The position numbers and the translations under genes were made by a program. This document shows, piece after piece, positions 35,937-46,005 of a DNA stretch of 64,000 nucleotides. The notes under the pieces were generated by a model, which was not told where the DNA came from, searched no databases, and saw nothing but the letters and a program-made list of their open reading frames with translations. The DNA comes from an uncultured Chloroflexia bacterium (GTDB taxonomy: Bacteria > Chloroflexota > Limnocylindria > Limnocylindrales > CSP1-4): positions 216,862 to 280,861 of the forward strand of contig CAVXNF010000001.1 of NCBI GenBank assembly GCA_963763075.1, in the 5' to 3' direction. Position 1 is the first letter of the stretch. The number at the start of each line of letters is the position of its first letter.

Positions 35937-38255
35937 ATGACGATCGCACGGGGGAGCCGCCTCGAGGCGTTGCCGATCATCGAGGCCAAGGTCCACCCGG
36001 TCACGGCCGCGCGCGGCTCGGTCGACCGGAGCCGGATCGTCGACCGGCTGCTCGATCCGGACGCACCGATGCTCGTGACGCTGGCGGCGCCTGCCGGCTA
36101 TGGCAAGACGACCGTGCTCGCGCAGTGGGTCGAGCGCGAGGCCCGGCCCGTCGCGTGGCTGACCGTCGACGCCTCCGACAACGACCCCACGGTGTTCGTG
36201 GCGTACCTCGCCTCCGCGCTCTCGCGCATCGGCGACATCGACGGGTCGCTCCTCGGCGGCACGACGATGGCCCGCAGCCGGATCCTCTCGTTCGCGGTTC
36301 CCCGCCTGCTCGCGGACATCCACCGCTGGCCGCAGCCGGCGGTGCTGGTCATCGATGACGCGCACCGGCTGACCGACGCCACGTCCCTGGACGCGCTGGC
36401 GACGTTCGCGAGCCACCTGCCGCCGGGCTTCCACCTCGCCGTCGCGGGCCGGGTCGCGCCGCGCCTGCCGGTCGCCCGTCTCCGGGCCGAGCGCAAGGTG
36501 CTCGAGATCGACGCCGCGACCCTCGCGCTCGACGCGCGGGAGACCGCGGCCCTCACCGCCGCGGCGGGCTGGCCGCTGTCGACCGACGACGCGTCGGCGC
36601 TCGTGGCCCGCACCGAGGGCTGGGCGGCCGGCATCTACCTCGCGACGCTCGCCCACGAACGGGGCGAGCCGGATGCGGACTGGACGACGGCCGTGTCCGG
36701 CGTCGACGAGCCGATCGCCGACTACCTGCGGTCCGAGGTCGGGCACCGGATCGACGACGACGACATGACCATCCTGACCCGGTCCGCCATCCTCGAGCTG
36801 CTCGAGCCGCGCGCGGTCGAGGCCGTCACGGGACGTGCCGACGCCGCCGACCGCCTCGAGGCGCTGGCGGCGCAGAACCTGTTCATCCAGGCGGTGGGGC
36901 GCGATGGGCGCTCGTTCCGCTATCACAAGCTGCTCCGGGACTTCCTCCTCGCCGAGCTCGAGCGACGCGAGCCGGGCATGACCGTCACGCTCCACCGCTC
37001 GGCGGCGACGTGGGCCGCGGGCGCGGGCGCGATCGAGCTGGCGATCCACCACGACCTCGCCGCGGGCGACCGGGCGGACGCGGCGCAGCTCGTCGCGACG
37101 CACGGGGTCGCGGCGTTCCAGGCCGGCGACCTCGTGACGCTGGAGCGCTGGCTCGGCGCGTTCGACACCGAGGACTTCGAGGCCCAGCCGCAGCTCGCGC
37201 TCCTCGGGACGTGGGTGTTCGGGATCACCGGCCGCGGGGATGACGCGATCCGGCTGGCCGAGGTCGCCGACCGCGTCTCGGTCGACGACATGGATCCCGC
37301 CACGGCGTGGTCGTTCGAGTCGCGACGCGCGATGGCCCGCGCCGTGCTGTGCCGGCGGGGGCCGCGCGCGATGCTCGCCGACGCGGAGCTGGCGGTGGCC
37401 CGGGAGCCCGCGAGCGGCCGCTGGCTGACCCACGCCCTGTGGCTGCTGGGCTCCGCCCACTACCTGCTGGGCGACCTCGACGCCGCCGAGGCGGCGCTCC
37501 ACGCGTCGACGCGCGAGGCCATGGCGATCGACAGCCCGAACCTCGCGCCGCTCTCCCTGCTCGCGAGCATCCGGATCCGCCGCCAGGACTGGGCCGGCGC
37601 CGAGCAGCTCGTGCGCGAGGCGTCCGGCCGGCTGGAGCAGTTCGGCTACAGCTACCTCGTCATGAGCCTCGGCGTGTACGCGCTGGAGGCCCGCATCGCC
37701 GCCCACCGGGGCGAGGTGCACGCCGCCCGCGAGGCGCTCGTCAAGGCGCAGCTCGTCCGGCCGCTCGCCACCCGCGCCTCGCCGACGTACTCCGTCGGGA
37801 GCCTGGTCGAGCTCGCCCGCGCCTACCTCGCGATGTCCGACCCCGCCGGCGCGCAGATCGTCGTGCGCGAGGCCGAGGAGATCGTCCGCCGCACACCGGC
37901 GCTGGGCATCCTCACCGACGAGCTGATCGAGGTCCGCCGCTACCTCAGCGGCGCGGCGACGGCGCTCGTCGGGTCGTCCGCGCTCACCTCGGCGGAGCTG
38001 CGGATCCTGCCGTTCCTGCCGACGTACCTCTCGTTCCCCGAGATCGCGGACCGGCTGAGCATCTCGCGCAACACCGTGAAGACGCACGCGATGTCGATCT
38101 ACGGGAAGCTGTGGGCCTCGTCCCGCGGCGAGGCCGTCGAGCGGGCCGTGGAGCTCGGCCTCCTCGAGCCGTATCCCGGGCCTCGAGTCCCTGCGCAGCA
38201 CGACCCCGCGCAGCCCCGCGTCCTGACGACCCGATCCACGCAGGAGCCTCGATGA
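35937..38255 (+). CDS. MalT-type (STAND NTPase-TPR-LuxR HTH) transcriptional regulator
   Basis: Walker A 'APAGYGKTT', Walker B 'LVIDDAH', 'TEGWAAG', C-terminal 'LTSAELRIL..EIADRLSISRNTVKTH..IYGKL'. Confidence 0.93.
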   Translation: MTIARGSRLEALPIIEAKVHPVTAARGSVDRSRIVDRLLDPDAPMLVTLAAPAGYGKTTVLAQWVEREARPVAWLTVDASDNDPTVFVAYLASALSRIGDIDGSLLGGTTMARSRILSFAVPRLLADIHRWPQPAVLVIDDAHRLTDATSLDALATFASHLPPGFHLAVAGRVAPRLPVARLRAERKVLEIDAATLALDARETAALTAAAGWPLSTDDASALVARTEGWAAGIYLATLAHERGEPDADWTTAVSGVDEPIADYLRSEVGHRIDDDDMTILTRSAILELLEPRAVEAVTGRADAADRLEALAAQNLFIQAVGRDGRSFRYHKLLRDFLLAELERREPGMTVTLHRSAATWAAGAGAIELAIHHDLAAGDRADAAQLVATHGVAAFQAGDLVTLERWLGAFDTEDFEAQPQLALLGTWVFGITGRGDDAIRLAEVADRVSVDDMDPATAWSFESRRAMARAVLCRRGPRAMLADAELAVAREPASGRWLTHALWLLGSAHYLLGDLDAAEAALHASTREAMAIDSPNLAPLSLLASIRIRRQDWAGAEQLVREASGRLEQFGYSYLVMSLGVYALEARIAAHRGEVHAAREALVKAQLVRPLATRASPTYSVGSLVELARAYLAMSDPAGAQIVVREAEEIVRRTPALGILTDELIEVRRYLSGAATALVGSSALTSAELRILPFLPTYLSFPEIADRLSISRNTVKTHAMSIYGKLWASSRGEAVERAVELGLLEPYPGPRVPAQHDPAQPRVLTTRSTQEPR

Positions 38256-39104
38256 CCGCCGCAGCCGCCGCGCCGACTGTCCGCAGCCACGGCAACGCCT
38301 ACGAGATCTTCATCCTCGTCCTGACGGTGATGTCGCTGATCGTGATGGCGCTGGTGATCCTGCCGCTCAGCCCGGCGACGCACGAGACGCTGCTGTGGTT
38401 CGACAACGCGATCTGCTTCGTGTTCCTCGGCCGACTTCCTGTACAACATCACCGGCTCGTCGCCCCGCAGCGAGTACTTCATCCGCCGCCGGGGCTGGCT
38501 GGACCTGCTGGGCTCGATCCCGACCCTCGGCATTCTTCCGGTTCACGGCGCTGTTCCGCCTCGCCCGGCTGTCGCGGCTGGCCCGGATCATGCGATTGCT
38601 CAGCGGGCAGCACAAGCGCGAGCTGATCGACGACATCGTCAAGAACCGCGGCCAGTACGCGCTGTTCGTGTCGCTGCTGCTCGACGTTCATCGTCCTGTC
38701 CACGGGGACGGTCCTCGTGCTCCAGTTCGAGTCCCGCTCGCCCGGACGCGAACATCGTCACCGGCGGCGACGCGCTGTGGTGGGCGTTCGTCACGCTGAC
38801 CACCGTCGGCTACGGCGACTACTACCCGGTGACCACGCTGGGCCGCATCACCGGCGTCGCCGTGATGGCGGCCGGCATCGGGCTCATCGGCGCCCTCGCC
38901 AGCATCCTGGCCAGCGTCCTCGTGCCCTCGCCCGACGAGCAGGCCGCGGCCGCGACGGCCGCCGGCAGCGACGACAAGGCGGAGCTCGACCAGCGCCTCA
39001 CGGCGATCCAGGGCGAGCTCGAGGCGATCCGCGACGAGCTGCGCGCGTTCCGCGGCGCGGCAGGCGGCCCGGCCGACGCCGAGCCGCCGCCCGACAGCCG
39101 CTAG
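38252..39104 (+). CDS. Voltage-gated-type K+ channel, frameshifted
   Basis: S4-like 'FRLARLSRLARIMR', 'ALWWAFVTLTTVGYGD'. Confidence 0.88.
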
Positions 39105-41878
39105 GCGGCGGCCGGGGCCGCCGGGGCGGCGTCGGCGGGAACGGCCGCGAGGGGCGGGATCTCCGCGGTCTGGATCTTGAGCAGCTTCTTCACCTCGGCG
39201 ACGACGATCACCACGAGCGACACGCCGAACGCGATCAGCCACTGGTCGGTGGTCAGGTTCACCGTGTCGAGGATCCGGTTGAGCAGCCCCAGCTCGGACA
39301 TGACGAGCGTCGCGACGAGCGCGAGGCCGGCCGTCTTGAGCAGCACCGCGTTGCCGAGGACCTTGGCCGAGAACATCGACGCGTCCTCGTCCACGGTCTC
39401 GAGCGCGAACCAGATGTTCGTGAACGCGAACGTCGTGAGGCCCATCGTCCGGGCGACGGTCTCGCCGAACACCGGCGTCGCCCAGGCGATGACCGCCAGC
39501 GTCAGCGCCGAGATGACGACGCCGATGAACACGAGGTAGACGAGCAGCTTGGTGCCGAGGATCGGGACGGTCGGCGATCGCGGCGCGTCCTTCATCAGCC
39601 CCTCGCGCGCCTTGCCGTAGCCGAGGCCGATGGCGAGGAACACCTGGACGGTGAAGTTCACCCACAGCGTCTGGAGCGGCAGGAACGGCATGCCCTGCGC
39701 GATGAACAGGATCGCCGCGCCGAGGAACGTGCCGATGAACCCGAACAGGCCCGCCATCTGGAACCGGATGTAGCGCACGAGGTTGTCGTACAGCGCCCGG
39801 CCGAGCTCGACCGCCTTGACGATGGTCGCGAAGTTGTCGTCGGTGAGGATCATCACCGCGGCCTCCTTCGAGACCTCGGTGCCCGTGATGCCCATCGCGA
39901 CGCCGATGTCGGCCTTCTTGAGCGCCGGGGCGTCGTTCACGCCGTCGCCGGTCATGGCGACGATGTGGCCCTTCGACTTGAGGATGTCGACGAGGTGGAC
40001 CTTGTCCTCCGGCGCGACGCGCGCGATGACGCCGATGCCGTCGATCTCGCGCCGCAGCGTGTCGTCGTCCATGGCGGCGAACTCGGCGCCCGTGATCGCC
40101 CGCCCGGTGATGCCCAGCTGGCGGGCGATCGCCTCGGCGGTCACGGCATGGTCGCCGGTGATCATCCGGACCTGGATGCCGGCCGCGTGGGCGATCGCGA
40201 TCGCGTCGCGCGCCTCGGGGCGCGGCGGGTCGACGATGCCGACGAGCGCCAGCAGCGTGAGGTCCTGGACGAGCGGCAGCTGGTCGGCCGCGGTGCGGTC
40301 GAACGTCGCCGGGTCGAAGTCGCGGTAGCCCGTCGCCATCACCCGCAGGCCCTGCGACCCGAGCCGGTCGTTCTCGGCCAGGTACGGCTCGCGGACATCG
40401 GCGATCGGCGCGGTGCCGCCGTCGGGGCGGATCGCGTTGGCGGCCCGGGCGAGGAGCTGGTCCGGGGCGCCCTTGACGTACGCCCGGATGACCGGCTTGC
40501 CGGCCTCGTCCTGCATCTCGTGGAACGTGGCCATGAACTTGTACGCGGCGTCGAACGGGACCTCGGCGATCCGCGGGAACTTCTCGCGGGTGAGCACCGG
40601 GTCGACGCCGCCCTTGGCGGCGAGCACGACGAGCGCGCCCTCGGTCGGGTCGCCGACCAGCTGCCCGTCCTTGGCGACGGCGTCGGCGCACAGCGCCATC
40701 GGCAGCAGGTAGCGCTCCAGCGGCACCTCGCCGCGGCCCGCCTCGCCCTGGATGTTGCCGACCGTCGAGTACCCCTCGCCGCTGATCGAGAACCGCTGGC
40801 CGGCGATCGCCATCTGCACGGCGGTCATCTGGTTGAGCGTGAGGGTGCCCGTCTTGTCGGAGTTGATCGCCGAGGTCGAGCCGAGCGTCTCGACCGAGCG
40901 CAGCCGCTTCACGATCGCGCCCGCCTTGGCCAGCGTCGAGGTGCCGTTGGCGAGGATCGTCGTCACCACGGCCGGCAGGCCGGTGGGGATCGCCGAGACC
41001 GAGAACGCGACGGCGGTGAGGAACAGCAGCTGGAACGGCTGGTCGCGGTACAGCCCGAGGCCGATCGAGATGACCAGCGCGACCCCGGCGATGACGAGGA
41101 TCTGGTTGGTCAGCGTGTTCAGCTGCTTGGTGAGCGGCGTGACCTCGGCCGTCGTCTGCTGGAGCATGTTGGAGATGTGGCCGACCTCGGTCCCCATGCC
41201 GGTCGAGGTGACGACGAACGTCGCCGCGCCGCGGGTGACCTGGTTGTTCATGAACGCCATGTCCACCCGGTCGCCGAGGGCCGCGTCGGCCTTGACCGCG
41301 TCGATGCTCTTGGGGACGGGCGCGCTCTCGCCGGTCAGCGCCGATTCGTCGATCTCGAGGGTCGCGGCGCGGATGATCCGGCCGTCGGCCGGGACGAGGT
41401 CACCGGCCTCGATGTTGACGATGTCGCCCGGGACCAGCTCCTCCATCGGGATCTGGCGGACCTCGCCGCCGCGCCGGACCTTGGCCTGGACGATCATCAT
41501 CTTCTGGAGCGCGGCGACGCTCGCCTCGGCCTTGCCCTCCTGGTTGAGGCCCAGGAACGCGTTGAGCAGGGTGAGGAACACGAGGACCACGCCGGTCGCG
41601 AACTGGCCGGGCAGGAACATGCTCACGATGCCCGCCACCAGGAGCACGATCTGCATCGGGTCCCTGTACTGGCGGAGGAACGCGCGCAGGCGCGGCTCCT
41701 TCTCCGCCTCGGCGAACTTGTTGGAGCCGAACTTCGCGCGGCGGGCCTCGACCTCGGCGTCGGACAGGCCGTTCGCCGCGTCCACGCCCTGGGCGGCGAG
41801 CGCCTCCTCCACCGTCATCCCGTGCCATGCGCGCGCGGCGTCCGTCGAGCCCGCTGCGGATGCCGCCTGTTCGGTCAT
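39101..41878 (-). CDS. P-type ATPase (P2-like scaffold, non-canonical membrane site)
   Basis: 'TGES', 'DKTGTLT', 'KGAP', 'MITGDH', 'GDGVNDAPALK'; TM4 reads IPTGL rather than IPEGL. Confidence 0.95.
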   Translation of the reverse strand: MTEQAASAAGSTDAARAWHGMTVEEALAAQGVDAANGLSDAEVEARRAKFGSNKFAEAEKEPRLRAFLRQYRDPMQIVLLVAGIVSMFLPGQFATGVVLVFLTLLNAFLGLNQEGKAEASVAALQKMMIVQAKVRRGGEVRQIPMEELVPGDIVNIEAGDLVPADGRIIRAATLEIDESALTGESAPVPKSIDAVKADAALGDRVDMAFMNNQVTRGAATFVVTSTGMGTEVGHISNMLQQTTAEVTPLTKQLNTLTNQILVIAGVALVISIGLGLYRDQPFQLLFLTAVAFSVSAIPTGLPAVVTTILANGTSTLAKAGAIVKRLRSVETLGSTSAINSDKTGTLTLNQMTAVQMAIAGQRFSISGEGYSTVGNIQGEAGRGEVPLERYLLPMALCADAVAKDGQLVGDPTEGALVVLAAKGGVDPVLTREKFPRIAEVPFDAAYKFMATFHEMQDEAGKPVIRAYVKGAPDQLLARAANAIRPDGGTAPIADVREPYLAENDRLGSQGLRVMATGYRDFDPATFDRTAADQLPLVQDLTLLALVGIVDPPRPEARDAIAIAHAAGIQVRMITGDHAVTAEAIARQLGITGRAITGAEFAAMDDDTLRREIDGIGVIARVAPEDKVHLVDILKSKGHIVAMTGDGVNDAPALKKADIGVAMGITGTEVSKEAAVMILTDDNFATIVKAVELGRALYDNLVRYIRFQMAGLFGFIGTFLGAAILFIAQGMPFLPLQTLWVNFTVQVFLAIGLGYGKAREGLMKDAPRSPTVPILGTKLLVYLVFIGVVISALTLAVIAWATPVFGETVARTMGLTTFAFTNIWFALETVDEDASMFSAKVLGNAVLLKTAGLALVATLVMSELGLLNRILDTVNLTTDQWLIAFGVSLVVIVVAEVKKLLKIQTAEIPPLAAVPADAAPAAPAAA

Positions 41879-41924
41879 GCCTCACCTCCATCGCCCATCA
41901 AACGCAATGGATCGGGGACGGGCA

Positions 41925-41941
41925 TCACCCGACGGGGATGA
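41925..41941. promoter_or_regulatory. TCACCC-N5-GGATGA site
   Basis: tcaccc-gacgg-ggatga upstream of the P-type ATPase; shares 'ggatgatcgcgc' with the 27734 site. Confidence 0.7.
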
Positions 41942-42122
41942 TCGCGCATGCGGGCCGGTCCACGCGGAACGGTTGCGCTTGGATGAAGGTTCGTCCACCA
42001 ACGGCCGGCTCTAAGCAATCTCTCATCGACCCTCCGAAGGATCGGGTGACAGCACCCGCACGGCCGTCGTGCGGCACACCCCGACGACCCGATCCGCCCG
42101 CCCAGCGGGCACGGAGGACCGC

Positions 42123-43157
42123 ATGACCCTCGCCAGCGACGCACCGCAGCCGATCCATCCCGCGTCCGCGATCGACGCCCTCGACCCGCGCACCACCGCC
42201 GAGGCGGTCCTGTACGAGATCCGGCGCGTCATCGTCGGCCAGGACGAGATGCTCGAGCGGGTGCTCGTGGCGCTCCTCGCGGGCGGCCACCTCCTCCTCG
42301 AGGGCGTCCCCGGCCTCGCCAAGACGCTCACGATCCGGACCCTCGCCGACGCGCTCGACGCGTCCTTCCGCCGGATCCAGTTCACCCCCGACCTCGTCCC
42401 TGCCGACCTCGTCGGCACCCGCATGTACCGCCCCAACACGGCCACGTTCGAGACCGAGCTCGGCCCGGTGTTCTGCAACTTCCTCCTCGCCGACGAGATC
42501 AACCGCGCGCCGGCCAAGGTCCAGTCCGCGCTGCTCGAGGTGATGCAGGAGCGCCAGGTCACGATCGGCCGCGAGACGTTCGCCGTCCCGAAGCCGTTCC
42601 TCGTGATGGCCACCCAGAACCCGATCGAGTCCGAGGGCACGTACCCGCTGCCGGAGGCCCAGGTCGACCGGTTCATGATGAAGGTCGTCGTCGGCTACCC
42701 GACCGCCGCCGAGGAGCAGGTCGTCGTCGAGCGCTCGCTCCGCCCGGCCCAGCCCGTCCGCCGCGTCCTCGACGCCGCCCAGCTGGAGCTGCTGCAGGCC
42801 GCCGTCCCCGAGATCTACGTCGACCCGGTCCTCGTCGCCTACGCGGTCTCGATCGTGGCCGCGACCCGCGAGCCCGCGCTCGCCGGCCAGCCGGACCTCG
42901 CGAAGTACATCTCGTTCGGCGCCAGCCCGCGCGGCTCGATCAACCTCATCCACGCGGCCCGGGCGCTCGCCCTCCTGCGCGGCCGCCGGTACGTCATCCC
43001 CGCCGACATCTACGAGCTGGCCCCGGACGTCCTGCGCCACCGCATCGTCCCGTCCTTCACGGCCCTCGCCGAGGAGGTCACGGCCGACTCGATCCTCGCC
43101 CGCATCCTGCCGGCCGTGCCGGCGCCGCGCCAGATCACGGAGGAGCGGACGGCATGA
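42123..43157 (+). CDS. MoxR family AAA+ ATPase
   Basis: 'LEGVPGLAKT', 'RIQFTPDL', 'LADEINR', 'ATQNPIE.EGTYPLPEAQ.DRF', 'GASPR'. Confidence 0.95.
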   Translation: MTLASDAPQPIHPASAIDALDPRTTAEAVLYEIRRVIVGQDEMLERVLVALLAGGHLLLEGVPGLAKTLTIRTLADALDASFRRIQFTPDLVPADLVGTRMYRPNTATFETELGPVFCNFLLADEINRAPAKVQSALLEVMQERQVTIGRETFAVPKPFLVMATQNPIESEGTYPLPEAQVDRFMMKVVVGYPTAAEEQVVVERSLRPAQPVRRVLDAAQLELLQAAVPEIYVDPVLVAYAVSIVAATREPALAGQPDLAKYISFGASPRGSINLIHAARALALLRGRRYVIPADIYELAPDVLRHRIVPSFTALAEEVTADSILARILPAVPAPRQITEERTA

Positions 43158-44149
43158 CGCTCGCCACGCCGGCACGGGACGGCTCGCGGGGCCGCACCCG
43201 CACGCCGGCCCGGCCCGGCCCCGGCCCGACGCCCGAGGCGCTGCTCCGCGCGCTCGAGCTGTCGATCGCGCGCCAGATCCGCGGCCTCGTCGCCGGGGAC
43301 TACCGGGCGCGCGACCTCGGCGGCGGCACGGAGCTCGCCCAGGTCCGGCCGTACGAGCCGGGCGACGACGTCCGGCGGATCGACTGGAACGTCACCGCCC
43401 GGATGCAGGTCCCGCACGTCCGGATCCACGTCCCGGAGCGGGCGCTCACGACGTGGCTCGTGCTCGACTGCTCGCCGTCGATGCAGTTCGGCACCGCCGA
43501 CCGCCGCAAGGCCGACGTGGCCGAGGGCGTGTCGATCGCGATGGCCCATCTGTCCTCGCAGCGCGGCAACCGCCTCGGCGTCGTCACGTTCGGCGGCGCG
43601 GTGGATCGCACCGTCCCGCCGCGCACCGGCCGGGCGGCGCTCCTCGCGACGCTGCTCGACGCGGAGCTCGACGGCGCGGCCGAGGCGGCCGGCGACGGCT
43701 CGCGGTCCCGATCGCGCGACGTCCAGCCGCTCCCCGACGAGGCGCGCACGCCCGAGGCGGCGCTCCGCTTCGTCGCCCGCGGCACGCCGCCCGGCGGCCA
43801 GGTCGTCCTCGTGACCGACCTCCGCGGGCCGCTCGAGTGGCTGCCCCAGCTGGGGGCCGTCGCCCAGCGCCACGCGGTCCTCGTCGTCGAGGTCCGCGAC
43901 CCGCGCGAGGACGAGCTCCCCGACGTCGGCGACCTCACCCTCGTCGACGCCGAGACCGGCCGCGAGGTCCGTGTCGACACCGGCTCCTCGACCCTCCGCA
44001 CGAAGTTCGCCGAGGCCGCCGCCCGCGATCGCGCCCACGTGGCAAGCGAGCTGCGCCGCCTCCGCGTCCGTCACGTCGTCCTGTCCACGTCCGGCGGCTG
44101 GCTGCGCTCGTTCGCCGATCAGCTCCGCATCCAGGGATTGCTGCCATGA
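43154..44149 (+). CDS. DUF58 protein
   Basis: 'RPYEPGDDVRRIDWNVTAR', 'DCSPSM.FG', 'DPREDELP'. Confidence 0.92.
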   Translation: MTLATPARDGSRGRTRTPARPGPGPTPEALLRALELSIARQIRGLVAGDYRARDLGGGTELAQVRPYEPGDDVRRIDWNVTARMQVPHVRIHVPERALTTWLVLDCSPSMQFGTADRRKADVAEGVSIAMAHLSSQRGNRLGVVTFGGAVDRTVPPRTGRAALLATLLDAELDGAAEAAGDGSRSRSRDVQPLPDEARTPEAALRFVARGTPPGGQVVLVTDLRGPLEWLPQLGAVAQRHAVLVVEVRDPREDELPDVGDLTLVDAETGREVRVDTGSSTLRTKFAEAAARDRAHVASELRRLRVRHVVLSTSGGWLRSFADQLRIQGLLP

Positions 44150-45226
44150 CCTTCGCCGAGCCCCTCCTGCTGGCGGGCCTGCTCCTCGTCCCGCTCGCGC
44201 TGGGCGCCTACATCCTCGTCCAGCGCCGGCGCTCCCGGTACGTGGTCCGGTTCACCAACGTGGACCTGCTCACGAACCTCGTGCCGCGCACGCCCGGCCT
44301 GCGCCGGCACGTGCCGACCGCCCTGTACCTCGGCGCGATGACGTTCCTCGTCGTCGCCCTCGCCCGGCCGTCGATGACGCTCCAGGTCCCGCGCGAGGAG
44401 GCGACCGTGATGCTCACGATGGACGTCTCGCGCTCGATGACCGCCACCGACGTCGACCCGACCCGGCTCGCGGCCGCCAAGGCCGCCGCCACGGGCTTCG
44501 TCGACAGCCTGCCCGCCGCGTTCCGCATCGGGCTCGTCGCGTTCTCCACCGACGCCCGCCTCATCGTGCAGCCCACGACCGACCGCGGCCAGGTCCGCGA
44601 CGCGATCGACAGCCTCAACCCGGACGGCGGCACGGCCCTGGGCGACGCCATCGCGCTGTCGGTCGACGCCACCGCCGACGCCCGCAGCGTCACCGTCCGA
44701 GACCGACACCGGCGCCGCCGACCCGTCGGCCTCGCCGTCCGCCGCGCCCGAGGCGAGCCCCGACCCGAACGCCTCCGCGAGTCCCGACGCCTCGGCCGAT
44801 CCCGGCGCGGGCGACGGGACGCCCGTCACCGCCACGATCCTCCTGTCCGATGGCGCCAACTCGACCGGCCAGGCCGAGCCGCTCGACGCGGCCCAGGAGG
44901 CCGCGGACGCGGGGATGCCGATCTACACCATCGCGCTCGGCACGCCCGACGGCGTGGTCGAGGTCCAGGACCAGTTCGGCCAGACGCAGCAGCTCCAGGT
45001 CCCGCCGGACACGGAGACGCTGCAGCAGGTCGCCGAGATGACCGGCGGCCGGTACTTCGACGCCCCCACGGCGGAGGACCTCGCGGCCGTCTACGAGAGC
45101 CTCGGCTCCAAGGTCGGCTACACCGAGCAGGTCCAGGAGGTCACCCAGTGGTTCGCCGCGGGCGCCCTGCTGCTGGTGGTCCTCGGCGGCGGGCTCGCCG
45201 CCCTGTGGTTCAACCGCTTCCCCTGA
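44146..45226 (+). CDS. VWA domain membrane protein (BatA-like), one frameshift
   Basis: N-terminal TM, 'LARP', MIDAS 'DVSRSM', 'GTALGD', 'LLSDG', 'IYTIALG', 'TGG.YF', C-terminal TM. Confidence 0.9.
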
Positions 45227-45283
45227 TCCCCGCCCGGGCGGTCGAGCCCCGCCCGGTCCCCCGTCACCACGCGGACCTCCCCG

Positions 45284-46005
45284 TCAGAACAGGCGGGTGA
45301 GGTCCGCGAATGATTCCAGGCGCACGATCCGCGCGTCGTCCGGGTCGAGGTCGGCGAGCTCGAGCCGCCAGGTCGACGCGCTCGGGATGTGGACCGCGCC
45401 CAGGCCCGCGGCCCGCGCCGGCGCGATGTCGGAGCGCGGCGAGTTGCCGATCATCCATGTGCTCGACGGCTCCAGCGACCACGTCGTCGATGAGCCGGCG
45501 GTAGGTCGCCTCGTCCTTGTCGCGCACGACCTCGATGTGCCGGAACCGGCCGCGCAGGCCCGACGCGTCGATCTTCGCCCACTGCTCGGCCGGGTCGCCG
45601 CGGGTCACGAGCCCCAGCACGTGCCGCGCGCCGAGCACCTCGAGCGTGGCCTCCACGCCGGGGAGCGGCTCCGCCTCGGCGATCGGCATCTCGCGCACGA
45701 TCGCGTCCAGCGCGTCCACGACGACCGGCAGCCGCTCGGGCTCGACGATCGCGCGGGCCGTCTCCTCGAGGTTGTGGCGGAACGCGGTCGTGCCCCCGCC
45801 GCGGACGCTCCACGCGGCCTCCTCCACCCGGTCGAGCTCGTCGCGGACCGCCTCGTCGGTCCAGGCGCCACCGCCCACGACCCGCACGAACCGCTCGATC
45901 GCGGTCTCGAAGATGTGGTTGTTCGGGCCACAGCGTGTCGTCGCCGTCGAACAGGAGCGTCAGGCCGGCGGCGGCGCCGTCGGCGGCCGGGCCGGCGCCG
46001 GTCAC
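45284..46005 (-). CDS. HAD-superfamily hydrolase, frameshifted
   Basis: 'LLFDGDDTLW', 'LVTRGD..EQ', 'WMIGNS..SDI'. Confidence 0.8.

Noticed and set aside
45284-46005. HAD hydrolase as the missing MtnC
   Set aside because: Motif I is DGDDTLW, not the DIEGT of enolase-phosphatase E1.
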